DNA of 63,095 nt, the filler included, from Choristocarpus tenellus KU-1152 (lineage: Eukaryota; Protista; Phaeophyceae): NCBI GenBank assembly GCA_964200185.2. It is 9 parts of 9 records of this genome, joined end to end, with 100 filler letters (N's around TTAATTAATTAA, not from the genome) between each part and the next. Parts side by side here need not be neighbours in the genome. Positions count along the whole stretch, not along the records: positions 11,722 to 20,549 come from CAXNAD020004288.1; positions 20,650 to 37,683 come from CAXNAD020000731.1; 7 more parts are not named here. The stretch is one strand, 5' to 3'. The notes beneath the pieces were generated by a model. That model was given only the letters and a program-made list of their open reading frames with translations. It was not told the origin of the DNA and did not search any database. This document shows positions 12,261 to 24,100 of the stretch, piece by piece. Each line of letters starts with the position of its first letter. The stretch's first letter is position 1. The translations under genes were made by a program, and so were the position numbers.

Positions 12261-13759
12261 GATTCCAGTTTAAGGTTAAGGAGGATATCAGGAAATGAAG
12301 GTAAAAACAAGGAGGTGAGGACAAGACCAATTATTGGGATACGAAATATAATAAAACCATTATGGTGGGGTCATTGATCCTGATTTGAGATTATGTGGGA
12401 CTACCTTGGCCTACAGGCCATGTACATGTATAGTCGCAGTGCTGCAGAGCAATGTTCATAAAATCATTGCTTTGTTCTTGCACACAGAGGTGCTCTGAAC
12501 TTCTCCGAAGCACCAAGAACACCAACAGTAGAAACGTGATGGAGCAATCAATGTGACCAAAAATGGTATTATTCCAAACACTGCCAGATGCAGTAGTGGC
12601 AACTGGCAGGTTGTTTCAAGTTGGGCATACTAGACTCGATACTGGATGTTGACCTGGAACCATGAGGTGAATGGCAGTACCCACTGGGTGAGTGCGGTCC
12701 AAAGCCTAACACACATATACACATACACAGCTAAGGATGGTGTACCAAATATCATACATTTTGTGCACGTTATTTACGCAGCACCAAATGGATGAGGTGA
12801 TTAATCATTGAAAGTATGTAAAGTTAACCAAAACGGTGGTGTGTCTGTAGTGCACATGTGTACAGAATTAGCTACAACGGGTCTAAAAACATACTTTGAA
12901 GTAGAACTACTTTGAATGAATGGGCACCTATCTCGCTTGGAAATTCTCAGGTCGCCAGTGAGGAGCCATAAAGATTAGTAGTCCATGCTGGGTGATCAAA
13001 CACAATATGTGAACGCCGTCTTGCACTCCTTGAAAATCCAGTTCATTTACCGAGTACAGGTCGATGCAACAGAGTCTCTCGACGTGCTTACCTAGCTAAC
13101 CGACAGCTTCCATTGTAACCTTCTCCCAGAGAGGAAATATCTCAAGTTTACAAGAGCAGTCAATCAACATCAGAGCAATGAGTTGGTGGGTGAGATATGC
13201 ACATATACATCTGCAGTTTACACACACGAATGAGTAGATACCATTAGCAGCGTAAAAATACCTCCCAAATACCCATGTATGAGATGGGCACCCACCTGGA
13301 TGAGCAAGAGGGTCACAGGTCAGCTCCCAGAAGTAAGCCCCTGAGCGACGGGAGAAAGCAGACTGAGTCGGCAGGCCCAGAGGAAAGAGTGCAGGCGTCT
13401 CATAACCTATCAGTGGAACAGATGGGGCAATCAACCCAGATATCGATGCACTTGAAAACAGAATGCCTGCAGATTTTAGAATATTTGTGGTAAGAGGTGA
13501 AAACCATCACTCACTATGCATTCTATGATGGTATGTATATCCCATACACATTGTATATATAGTATTTGTAAGATAGATATACATTTGGTTAAGCCTGAAC
13601 AATGGGTGGAAAACCCATCTACTAAACCAAACCCACCCTACATTAACCCACATATGGAGACGTAACCACGAGACCGTTGGTCGGCTTTCGTTGGTTTGGA
13701 AGATCAGAAATCTAGTAGGGGTCTAAGAGAAACAATCCTCGACGGGGAAGTTGAGGGTC

Positions 13760-16700
13760 ATGGAGGAGACCGACAATGCTCCCTCCACCTCCCCCATTCG
13801 ACGTATCCGAGTGATCTTCCCCGACTCCTCTGGATGCACGCTAAAAAGCAACCCACGACTCACGCAGAGGTGGGTTCTCGTTCCTTCCAATGTGCGAGTA
13901 GTAGGAGATCTTTGCCACTGCCTGGCACGCCAGGTCAAATCAAAGATGGGCAGGAACCCCTTCTTGCTGGAGCTGAATGACTTTGTCTTGCCTCCAATGG
14001 AGAGCATAGATATCCTCAGAGAAACTGATGTGGTTACTCTTCGGTCGGAACTAAGCCTATTGGACTTGAAATCTAGTAGGGAAGAGGGTGATGGGATGGA
14101 CAAGGGTAATGGCAAGAGGAACGGTATTCGTAAAGGAAAGACAATTGATGGCGAGGGGAAAGGCAAGAATAAAGGCAAAGGCAAATACGAAGGCACGAGA
14201 AGCGGGAAAGGGAAAAGCCTAAGGCCGGGAGCTCCTGACAGGACCACGAACAAGAAATTTGCAGCATCAGACACACGGAAAGGTAAAAAAAACAAGAAGA
14301 GGAACCTCGTCGGAGGTCAGGTGGGAGGTGGGGACGAAGACAGGTGTGACAAGAGACTGAAGGTGGTAAAGGGCATGGTTGCTTTAGACGCAGCAGCTGC
14401 ACAGGATACTGCTTTGAGTGGGGGCTTGCCTGCTAAGGCCTTGGGCAAGGGTAGACTTAACGCTGGGAAGATACTTTCGAGTAGGGATTCCAAGAAGATG
14501 TCGGACGGTGTCAATGCTCTAAAAAGAGTTCATCGTGTCAAGGAGAAGCTGGGCAGCAAGGGACGGAGCAGCAGTGTCAATAGAGGAGGCAAAAAAGTTC
14601 TCAAGAAGACTGGGAAATCTAAATCTTTTGCTGCAAGGTCTGTGGTCACTTCGTGCCCCCCACCGGCAAGCTCTTCTTCTCCATGCGATAGCTCCGAGGA
14701 TGATAGCTCTGAAGAAAGCTCGACACAAGGAGGCAGTGAAGTTGCAAATGGAAGGGGGAAGGGGAAAGCTGGTGCTGTCACACTTCACAATGATAGCTCC
14801 TCGGAAGATAGTAGCTCTTCTTCCTCAAATGAGGAAAATGTCACCTCCTCTAACAGCTCTAAGAAAACCTCCACAGGAAGAGTTAGCGACTTAGCCAATG
14901 GAAAGGAGGGGAAAGGTTGTGGTGCTACCGCACATCAAATTACACACCTCCACCCCCCATCCTCCTCCTCATCTTCTTCAAGCAATAGTTCATCATCAAC
15001 ATCATCATCCTCGTCTTCCTCCTCTTCTGATGAAGATTCAGATTCTGACGGACCTGAGACACCTTCTACCCCACACATAAACACTAAAGACGCTACATCA
15101 CCTGCCACAACCAAGGACCCTAAACAAAATGGTGGGTCCAGAACATCGAAAACCTCATCGAGTAGCACTAAATCAGTAAGGGCAGATACTGGGATCAAGG
15201 GAGGGGCATCAGTGTCCACAACCATGGCAGTTGTCAAGGACATGGAGGTGAAACATCCTGGATCTCTACCACTGAGGTCAGAGGATGATACAGCCCTATC
15301 CCCACAAGGGAGGGGAAGGGGTTACCCTCATGATAGGCACAGCTTGGGTGGGTTACAGGGCTCTTTGGGTAATGAAGAAGGACTCAGAACGTCTGGGGAG
15401 GAGGGGGTTTGGGAGAGCGGGAGAGGTAGGGGCTATGGCAACACATCTGGCATGGCGAGTGGGACCTACTGGGAAGGTGGTGGGAGGGGTGCGAAGGGAA
15501 GAAGGAGATCTCATGGTGAAGGCAGGTTACTTTTTTCAGGTTACAAGAAGGACTACACGGTAATTGCATCAGTGCACAGCAAGGAAAAGGACTCGACTCA
15601 AGGGCTGAACGGTCATCTTGAGGAAACACGCAGGCAGGACGATCAAGGGAGGTTTGGGGTTGGTTGTTGACTTAGAGGTTTGTCTCCTGTTTCTTAGGGA
15701 GTGAGGCTTCTCTGTATTTGACCTAATTTCACTTCCCAATCACGCAGACTAGGAATCTTTCAATATCATTTTATGCTTGAAACTGTTGAGATTTTTTTTT
15801 CTTCGCTCTTTTGCTCTTGGCTACTACAAGTTCCAAGAGTGTTGCATACATAGCATGGGAAGGCATAAGTAATTGGACCGAGGATCATGCAATGTAAGAC
15901 TATTTTTGAAAGCTAGGGGATATAACGTGAAAGACAGATTTCAGAACAAACTTTCCTGGATGTGGCTTCAAGTTGTGATGGAGACAATTATTACTACTTG
16001 AAACTGCATTTACTGGATACCTTGTGGTGCATTAATGACTGTTGAGAGACGAGTGAGATCAAGCAGAATGATACTTCAAGGTCCATCATCTTACCCTTTT
16101 TCCTAAATGTTTTGAAATCGCTCTCTATAATTTCAGGTAGCATTATTGCATGTACGGCTTTGACTTTGGCTGGCTTACTAAGGGAAATGGAATCAGAAAT
16201 TTGTCGTTGTCCATAGGGACACAGTATGAAAATAATCTGTTCCAATTGACCCCACACTTGGATCCCCCTCGGCCCCTCCCCCTGCTTTCCTTGGCTACAT
16301 TCTCTACCCTCCTCCTTCCCATCACCCACCTTTCCCACAATCTTCACCCTTCTACAGTAGAGATACTCTGCAATACAATGCTCTATACCGTGCTATATTG
16401 TCACACTCCACGCTTACCCCACTTAGGTACCTGAAGTTTCCTGAGTTTCCAGTAGACATGCAACCACTGCCTGGTGATGTACTTGCCTTCAAGATTTTGT
16501 CGCTCAATGAGGAGACTTGGACTCCTGAACTGTCTGACTTCATGGAGGGCGAGGTATGTTTTTGTTCATGGTTATATCCTTTCTTGTTGTGTTTTCTGAC
16601 ATATCCATTTTTCCCGCACTATGCCCATTAGGGTGCATCCCCTTTTTTTGTGTCTGCTTTATTCTGTGTGTTCATGAGGTTTTCGTGTCAGGGGCCTACT

Positions 16701-17837
16701 TGTAGGGAAGCAAAATCGTTGAGGAGAATTTGGCAACGGGAAGTATGAGGGTGGGAGGAGCAGGGTGTACCCACCCTTGTATTCTTGACTGCAGTGTGCA
16801 ATTGAGACCCAAGTTCATTACACACATTGTGGTCTCCTCTCCACTTCTCTTTCTTCAATGCTGAATCAACCATTTGAGCTCAGCCCTGCTCCCATTGTGG
16901 CACAAGTTTGAACAAAAGTGGAATAATAGAGTATGTGCTGGAATAGTGGGGAAGTGTGATGTGTCCATGGTTGAGAGTTGATGCTCTGCATCCCAATGGT
17001 CACATTGCTGCCTTCTGAATTCAGGGCAATCAATGGTCAGGCGCTTTGGATTTTGCAAGCAGAGCTTGTGGTGTTGGTAACAAAGCTTACACGTTACGCA
17101 AAATAGATCTTGTGCACCAGTTGTATTCAACCTTTTGTGTTATTTTGTAATCAAGGATTCTGTGCTATCCAGGCAAATGTAACCTTTTTGGTGTGGCTCA
17201 GGATCTATTTCCCCCCTCTCACCTGCTGCAAAAAACCCGTGGCATTTACCATCGGTGATGATCTGTTTGGAATTCCATTTGCCCCTAGACCATCTCCTTT
17301 GACAAGAGCAGTGGCCTGGTGAAGTTCCGAACACCAGTTGAACCTGGGTCGGCAACAGTGACAACTGGAGACGATTCTAGCACTTTAGAGTCACTGACGC
17401 AACCAGGGGTCTCATCCTCAGTGGTGCAAGATCAGACAAGTGGAGGTGATGGGGTGGGACTGATTGCGAAAGGGAGTACTGCCAAGGCTGGTGAGGGTGC
17501 AGATGCAGGGGGGCAGAGGGAATTGAGTGGGGAGAAATCCATAGAGGGAGTTGATAAAGACACAGAAGGGGTGGAGAGATTTGAGGGGCATGGGGGACAG
17601 GGGAGGGGAGACCTGGAGAGTGACAACGAGGCGGGTGTCTATGAATACACCTCGCTGAAGGCTGTGAGGCTGATAAAGGGACCATCAGCAGCAGAGTTAG
17701 TGGTGCGTAATCAGGCACTGCAACAATGGAACAAAGCGCTAGGTCCCAGTCCTGGAGGCAAGTCTGTGACTGACACTGGGACCTCAGTCACTGTGGCAAC
17801 TTTACCTGGTGTAGGGTCTGGGGCTGGTGTAGACTGA
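13760..17837 (+). CDS. COIL: Coilin (Cajal body scaffold), 3 exons, ~855 aa
   Basis: Exons 13760-15651, 16427-16553 and 17289-17837 are phase-consistent. N-terminal coilin domain IRRIRVIF..RWVLVP..VGDL..LELNDFVLPPMESIDILRETDVV; basic and Ser/acidic low-complexity middle; RG box (GRGRGY twice); C-terminal Tudor-like YLKFP..PLPGDVLAFKILSL..WTPELSDFMEGE|TISFD..GLVKF...YTSLKAVRLI. Confidence 0.9.
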
Positions 17838-19929
17838 AAGCTATGGTGATTGCCCAGCAAGAGGCTAGAGGGTGGATATAAATGAGGTAGTGAGCCTTTG
17901 TGTATCCTTTCCACAGTGTATAGGGGGATAAGAGGTCTACCAATATTTTCCCTGATACTTTTATCTCACCCAATTTTCTTTAAAAATAATGATTGAGGCA
18001 GTTCCTATGTATTGCATTGCGGAGGTTTGAATCTACAGATTCAGTGCAAGAGGATTGCTACATGAGGGCTCCACTTTGGGGGTAGGTTATCTCCCAGGAA
18101 TCACATCAACCATGATTTCTTATGGAAACGATGCACTTTGAATTTGAGAAGAAGTAAGTTCTCCTCTGACATAGGGTCTCATTGAAGAAGTCATCTTGGG
18201 TAGACAAATTTTGATTAATTTAATTGGACTGTCAGTGCGTGAGGCAAAAAAACTCCCTAACTTGAACAGACGGAGCTCTGTCTTTGTTATCTCAGGCAAA
18301 TCCAAAGCTGGGAATGTGTAGCCAGTTGTGGATAGTGACGACTGCAGTAGGTTGTGTTGTTCTCTAACCTCTGACATGTTCAGTTACAGTTCTACTTGTA
18401 CTGCGATTTTTTTTTTACAGATGAATCACCGAATAGCTGAGCTTTTATGTTTGGCAATCTGTTGTTCTCAATTATTTGAAGTGAACATGATTGAACTGGT
18501 GTGGTTCACAACTAGCATTCTCACGATTTTATTTTCCATGTCCACTAGGTTCTGTGGTCCCCCAAAGTATATGTGGTGTCACCCTATGATATCGTCAGGG
18601 ATTGCTTCGAGGGGGTAAACCACCTATCTGTTCCATCAAGCTATGTGTAGTTAGGGCAATCAAGAAACTACTCCTTTCTTCAGTCTCTGGTGACCCCTCC
18701 CCTGCGACTCCATAAAGTTTGCAGTCCTCATCAAACTATGCGCAGTACAGATTGCACATTATGGCTAAGTCAATCTGGTGTGTTGTATGCATATTTATTT
18801 TTATGTTGATGTTGGTCCAGTTTTATGCTGAGTACTCTGCAGTATCCCTTTGAAGAAGATGCACCATTCTTGTGTTGTTACACAAAGTTCAGGGTCCATT
18901 AAACAAACTATGCAGGAAAAAGCGGGCACGGCCTAATCTCGCCAAGAAGCTTAACTTTCTTTTTTAAGCATTGTTCACTGGCAAGAATGAAGCACCAAAC
19001 ACACAAATGGGCATACATGATTCTGTGGCAACAAATAGACAGAGGAGAAAAATGGATTCCCAGGATATTGTAGGTGTGCTCTGTTGTCTACTTCGAAATA
19101 TTTGATTGTAGAAATAAAGAATCTTTCAAACTTGGCGACTGAAAACATGCTGTGCACACCCAATTCGAAATAACTTCATGCAGACAGACACGTGAAATAT
19201 TTGTATGGATTGTCTCAAGTAGATTCTCGAAGTTTTAGGGGAAGGAGATATGGTTGTTTTGCCCTTTCCCGTCACTAACTAGGGGAGATAAAATGTTCAT
19301 CACTTTGGCTTCTCTTTTCCCAAAAACCTTCCGGACTTGTTTTGTGTGTATGGCAACACATTTATTCCAACGCTTAACGGAGGTTTCAGAACAGCTGACA
19401 TGATTGCTATTGGGGGGCAGGATGGATTTTCGTTTTGGGGGTGTCTTTGTGTACAGAAACACATACGTAGTATGTTGAGGAACCCTGAAACAAAATGACT
19501 GATTGCTGTTGAATTATGTGACATCAATATCACAATAGTCTGAGATTCAAACCCTAAGGTCGGAAGGTTAAATGTAGTCAAAAGAAGGGAATACCCACGA
19601 CTTTTTATTAAGTATAGATGCTACAAAAAAGAAAAAAAATGACAAACAACCGCAATGTATCTACAAGGAAGAGAACCTATGTAGGTGTAATGCACCAACA
19701 TCAAATACTCGAGATAGGACGTTGGTCGTGTCAACACACAGGGTCCTACTACAGGAAAAAATGGAAAGAAAGAAATCTCAGCGTCACATCAGGTCCATCT
19801 TATCTGAAAATCACTTGTCACATATAAGACAAAGGAAAAGAGGGAATGCAAGAATAATCAACTCAAAAAGAGAAGAGGAGCCAGCATTTAGCGGAGAGTG
19901 GTGACCATGCATGTGGCCTGATCTGCTTG

Positions 19930-20330
19930 GGCTGGCTTAGCTGCTGCTTCAACATGACATACATGGGCTATCACAGCTTCCTTGGAATGTCATTCTTCAA
20001 TGAAGCTCTTTGTGCCATCAATCACACACTCATACCACCGAATTCTGTTGGTTGGTTGCCCTTGCACTCCATCCCTCAGCCATGATCCCGAAAATCTTGA
20101 GACCATCTTGCAGTCACATCCACTGATTCTTCTCCTCCCTACCTTCTGAATTTCATCTGCAAATTGCCCAATATGCGTACCTTTAGAAGTACCTCATACC
20201 TCAGACATCCAACTGACCCCGCTAGCAGGAGTCTCTGTTTTAGCAGCAGTCTCCTAGGCACTTTCTCTCTTCACAACAGGACTATCTTTAAAGGACAGAG
20301 TTTGACTGGTGTGCTCCAGTTTGCGAATTG
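19930..20330 (-). mobile_element. 3' relic of an RTE-type non-LTR retrotransposon ORF
   Basis: Broken frames read KQRLLLAGSVGCLRYEVLLKVRILGNL..QWM*LQDGLKIFGIMAEGW..WYECVIDGTKSFIEE*, resembling the RTE C-terminus (RRxxFAGxVxRM..RLPK..FG..W..CL.DDL..FGI..W). Confidence 0.55.
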
Positions 20331-20480
20331 CAACGCAGTGAAGCATAGGAATTACAGTCATTTTTCTTATTTCCCTCTTTACAGAGGAAAACAAATCTGG
20401 GGTCAGACTAGCTTCCCGCAAGCACCAGCTCAACAGTTACACCAATAACAATAACCACATCAATTGACAGACTGTAAAAA

Positions 20481-20724
20481 AAAGTGAGAGTTTATGAAGT
20501 AAACTGAGTTTTGTGGGCGGGAGAATTCTGGTTGACTGGGGGCACAGGANNNNNNNNNNNNNNNNNNNNNNNNNNNNNNNNNNNNNNNNNNNNTTAATTA
20601 ATTAANNNNNNNNNNNNNNNNNNNNNNNNNNNNNNNNNNNNNNNNNNNNTTCTTGTCCTGTGCCCCCAGCCAACCAGAATTCTCCCGCCCACAAAACTCA
20701 GTTTACTTCATAAACTATCACTTT
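20481..20724. repeat. 69-bp inverted repeat flanking a scaffold gap (probable TIR element ends)
   Basis: 20481-20549 is the reverse complement of 20656-20724 with 2 mismatches. Confidence 0.85.
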
Positions 20725-21122
20725 CATGGCACCAAACGCTGACTGAATGTAAGCATTGAGAGTTTAAAGTTTTACTTCCACGTAAGGCTTTTCCATCTAC
20801 GGCAATTTGATCGCTTGGCCTTTTATGTTGTTATTCTGTCGAATTCTGTCCCAATTTCGATTCAAATATTTGAGAACATTTACAGAGAAATCAAGATTTA
20901 ATCCTCACCACGAACAAATACCATTGTTACACGATGTGACCGGACTTGGACAACTTCAACTACTATATCATTTTGATTGAACAACAAATAAAGTTGGGAA
21001 GGAAAGAGGGAAGCAAGGAGGAGAGGACAGAGCAAACCACTTTATTGGACCAAACATTGTGGGGGCCGAAACAGAACGGTTGGAGTGTGGCGGTCAGTCT
21101 CCAACAACAGCCAGTAGTCGCT

Positions 21123-24100
21123 ATGTTGGCAAGAACGGGACGCCATCCAGAATTTTGTACACTTTTGAAGGACGTGGAAGTGGCCAACGTTGAAAAGCTC
21201 AAAGTCGATCTCTACGCGCTGAATGTGAGGTCGACTCTAAAGGGTTTGTACAGCCACACACTACGATACAGTAGTAGACGTCTGTACTATTTACTACTCG
21301 TATATTACTTAACTGCATTTATTGGGGTATCATATTTTTGAGAGTCAAGTTGTACTCCCTAAACCTCTATAGTCGCCCCACATATCCCGTTCCCTCCTGT
21401 TTAAATGCTCAATCAACAAATCTGCATCTGTAAAAGGGGAGAGATCGGCAATTGGCCTTGGCACTGAGGGAGGCAGATAATTGCGGGACTTTGCTCTTTC
21501 ACGCTGCGGCGGGCCAGAGTGTTCAAGTGTTCGAGTGTATCAGAGAAATCATTGAGAACAAACTCAACGGCCTGGATGAGCAATTGCGTTATGTCGATGG
21601 GAATGGTATGAACCTTCTTGCGCACGCCATCAACGGGAAATCCCTGGAGGTTTTCAAGACTGTGTGGGCCCTATTGACAGAAAAAAACTATCTAGGGAAG
21701 CAAATCGAACGTTGCGAAGCTCTCGTGCCATCTCTTGTCCAGGCAGGAAAATACGCTGAGGAGAAGTTGGTGTACGTCCTCCAAGATCTAAAGGTGAACG
21801 ATTCTACTATTATGACATCCTTCTTATCATGCTACTGTAGAGTTAAGATCGCATTCTATTTTCCTGTTGCAGACCCTTTGCACGTCGTTTGTAGTCCAGT
21901 AACAAATGACAAAACGTTAGGATGAATACCTGTGAGATTGTGGTGATGTATAGGGAAAGTGAGAGGTAAAACTTCTACTTTGAAGGAGTGAAATGACGAC
22001 AAACCTTGACAGCATCGAGTGGGTGCAGTGTTTTTTTTTTTTAATGTAACCCCACATTCCTTGCCTCATACCAGAGTATATGCTATAAAAGAGGAAAAAT
22101 TGAGTAGGGATCAGTGGTCTTGATTCGCGAGGAAATACAATCGTATCTTACATGGTAAGAGGAGCAACTATTAATGGTTTGTATGTTAGCAGGATACAGA
22201 GAGCATACACTTGGATAGGACCCAGCGTTTGATATTACTACGGCAAAGGACGACGTACAAGACGGCTGACACGCATTGGGATGCCACCCCTTTGGCCATT
22301 GCCGCAGTAGTTTGTACGGGAACGGCCAGTATGTTCACTAGGATCAAAGACGAAATCTTGGAGGTGAGCTGGGGATGCCTGTTTCGGACTTGAGAATATT
22401 TTTTTCAAGTATTGATGTGATCTTTATTTCGTGTGATGTCAGATACGTATATATATATATATATATGCCACCTGTTTATCACCTTCCGCAATACATCACT
22501 ATGTGATATGTCATTTAGGTTGTTTGTTTGTTGCGAAAGAAAGAGAATACCCAGATTTATGTAAACAATATTCCTCTTTCCAATCGTACACAGTGCTCTG
22601 AGGGAGGCGCGAATATCAGAGAAGATCTGCTACCAAGCACGAATCAAGATCACATCGAGGGCAACGCCCTCCTGACACCGTTGTTGGGTGCAGTGTTGAG
22701 CTGTGAGGCCAGCGTGTTTGACACCGTGGTTACTGCAACGGAGCAATTCATGATGCGTGGGAGAGAACAAGAGTTCGTTGAGGAGGTTAGCTTAAGGTCC
22801 TTACTTGTTTCTTTGAATGCACACCTGAGCGTACCTAAGACAGATATGTCAAGATCTAATTGAGATCTGATCCAATGACAAGGACGAGTTGGTAGTATAA
22901 TTGGAATAATCGGGATGACAATTGCACTGATTGCAACGTTTAATCTACCATCATTCACACAATTCATTCCTTTAATTATTACAATTACTTTGGGAGGAGT
23001 TGTTGGAGCAATTATTGCAAGAAAAATTCCTATGACATCAATGCCACAACTTGTTGCTGGATTTCATAGAGAACATTTCTGGATGTATTTGCCCCTACCC
23101 AACCACATTCTTCATGTTGAAGGGGAGGAGAAAAAGATAATTTACCCGACCCAGCATTGGTGAATAGGAATATTTATTGTTGAGGCATGTAGATAGGGAG
23201 GCTATGCTAGACCCCAAGAGACTGCTAGAGACAACTAGTGCTCTCCCCCTTCTGCGGTAGATTCCGTTTGCTTCTCAACGAATCAGTGAAGGAATTGCCA
23301 AATTGCCCCAAATTCTTTGCTGTCATGCCATAGCTTACAGCAAAGAATGATCTACCAGTTTGGTGCTTCTCTTAAACATGGTGACAGTCATCGTATCTGC
23401 TCTTCTTTTGTATTCGGTGTCGTCAGGTTTGGAGACAGGTGCAAACAAGTTCTGACCCAGGGGAAGAGGTTGTTGCACCCCTTGCTGTAAACTCTAGCCA
23501 AGATGGAGCAAACGCAATAATAATTGATGTCAGCAGGTCAGGAATTGTTGGCACCATCAAGGTAAGCAAGAGGAGGAAAGGGACTTTGGGTTCGATGAGT
23601 TGCAAATTTCAAGAGGCATTGCCACCAGCATTATGCATGGCATGATGGAGACTAAATCGATATATCATGATTCTTGCTCAGCAGCTTGGCTCTTCAGTGT
23701 GGCCATAGGCAAAGTATCAACCTCAGCGGACGTGAAGCAAAACTAGAAGACTCGATAAGCTTCATGAATTCCAGGCTTTTTTATTCTTCATTTTTCTATC
23801 AAGTACAGACTGGCAGTGTTTTCGGTCGTGATGGAATCTACCAGGGATTGAACAAGCACTGTCAAGCAAGCGGTGCTGGAATACATTTGATGCGCTCATG
23901 AGACCTTTGTGTATCTGGTTATTCATCATGAAGCCACTGACTTGACTGTTCATGTCTAGTACTCTTCATCATTTATGCTTTAACTGCAGGTGTTAAGACT
24001 GTTCTAATATATTCCTCAAACTTATGAAAATAATCCTCTCGAAGTTTCCCCCGCTACAAGTTTGCTGGTGGTGAGTAACCTAATGGTGTTAATTGTATTA

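Noticed and set aside
13723-15629. Antisense and alternate-frame ORFs over coilin exon 1
   Set aside because: Shadow ORFs of low-complexity coding sequence.
17960-19900. Coding relics downstream of coilin
   Set aside because: Short broken ORFs with no motif I could recognise; probably decayed repeats.
22915-23163. Functional pntB gene, NUMT or TRP exon
   Set aside because: It covers only ~63 residues of a roughly 460-aa protein with no native start or end, transhydrogenase is not mitochondrion-encoded, and the TRP exons splice in phase around it.
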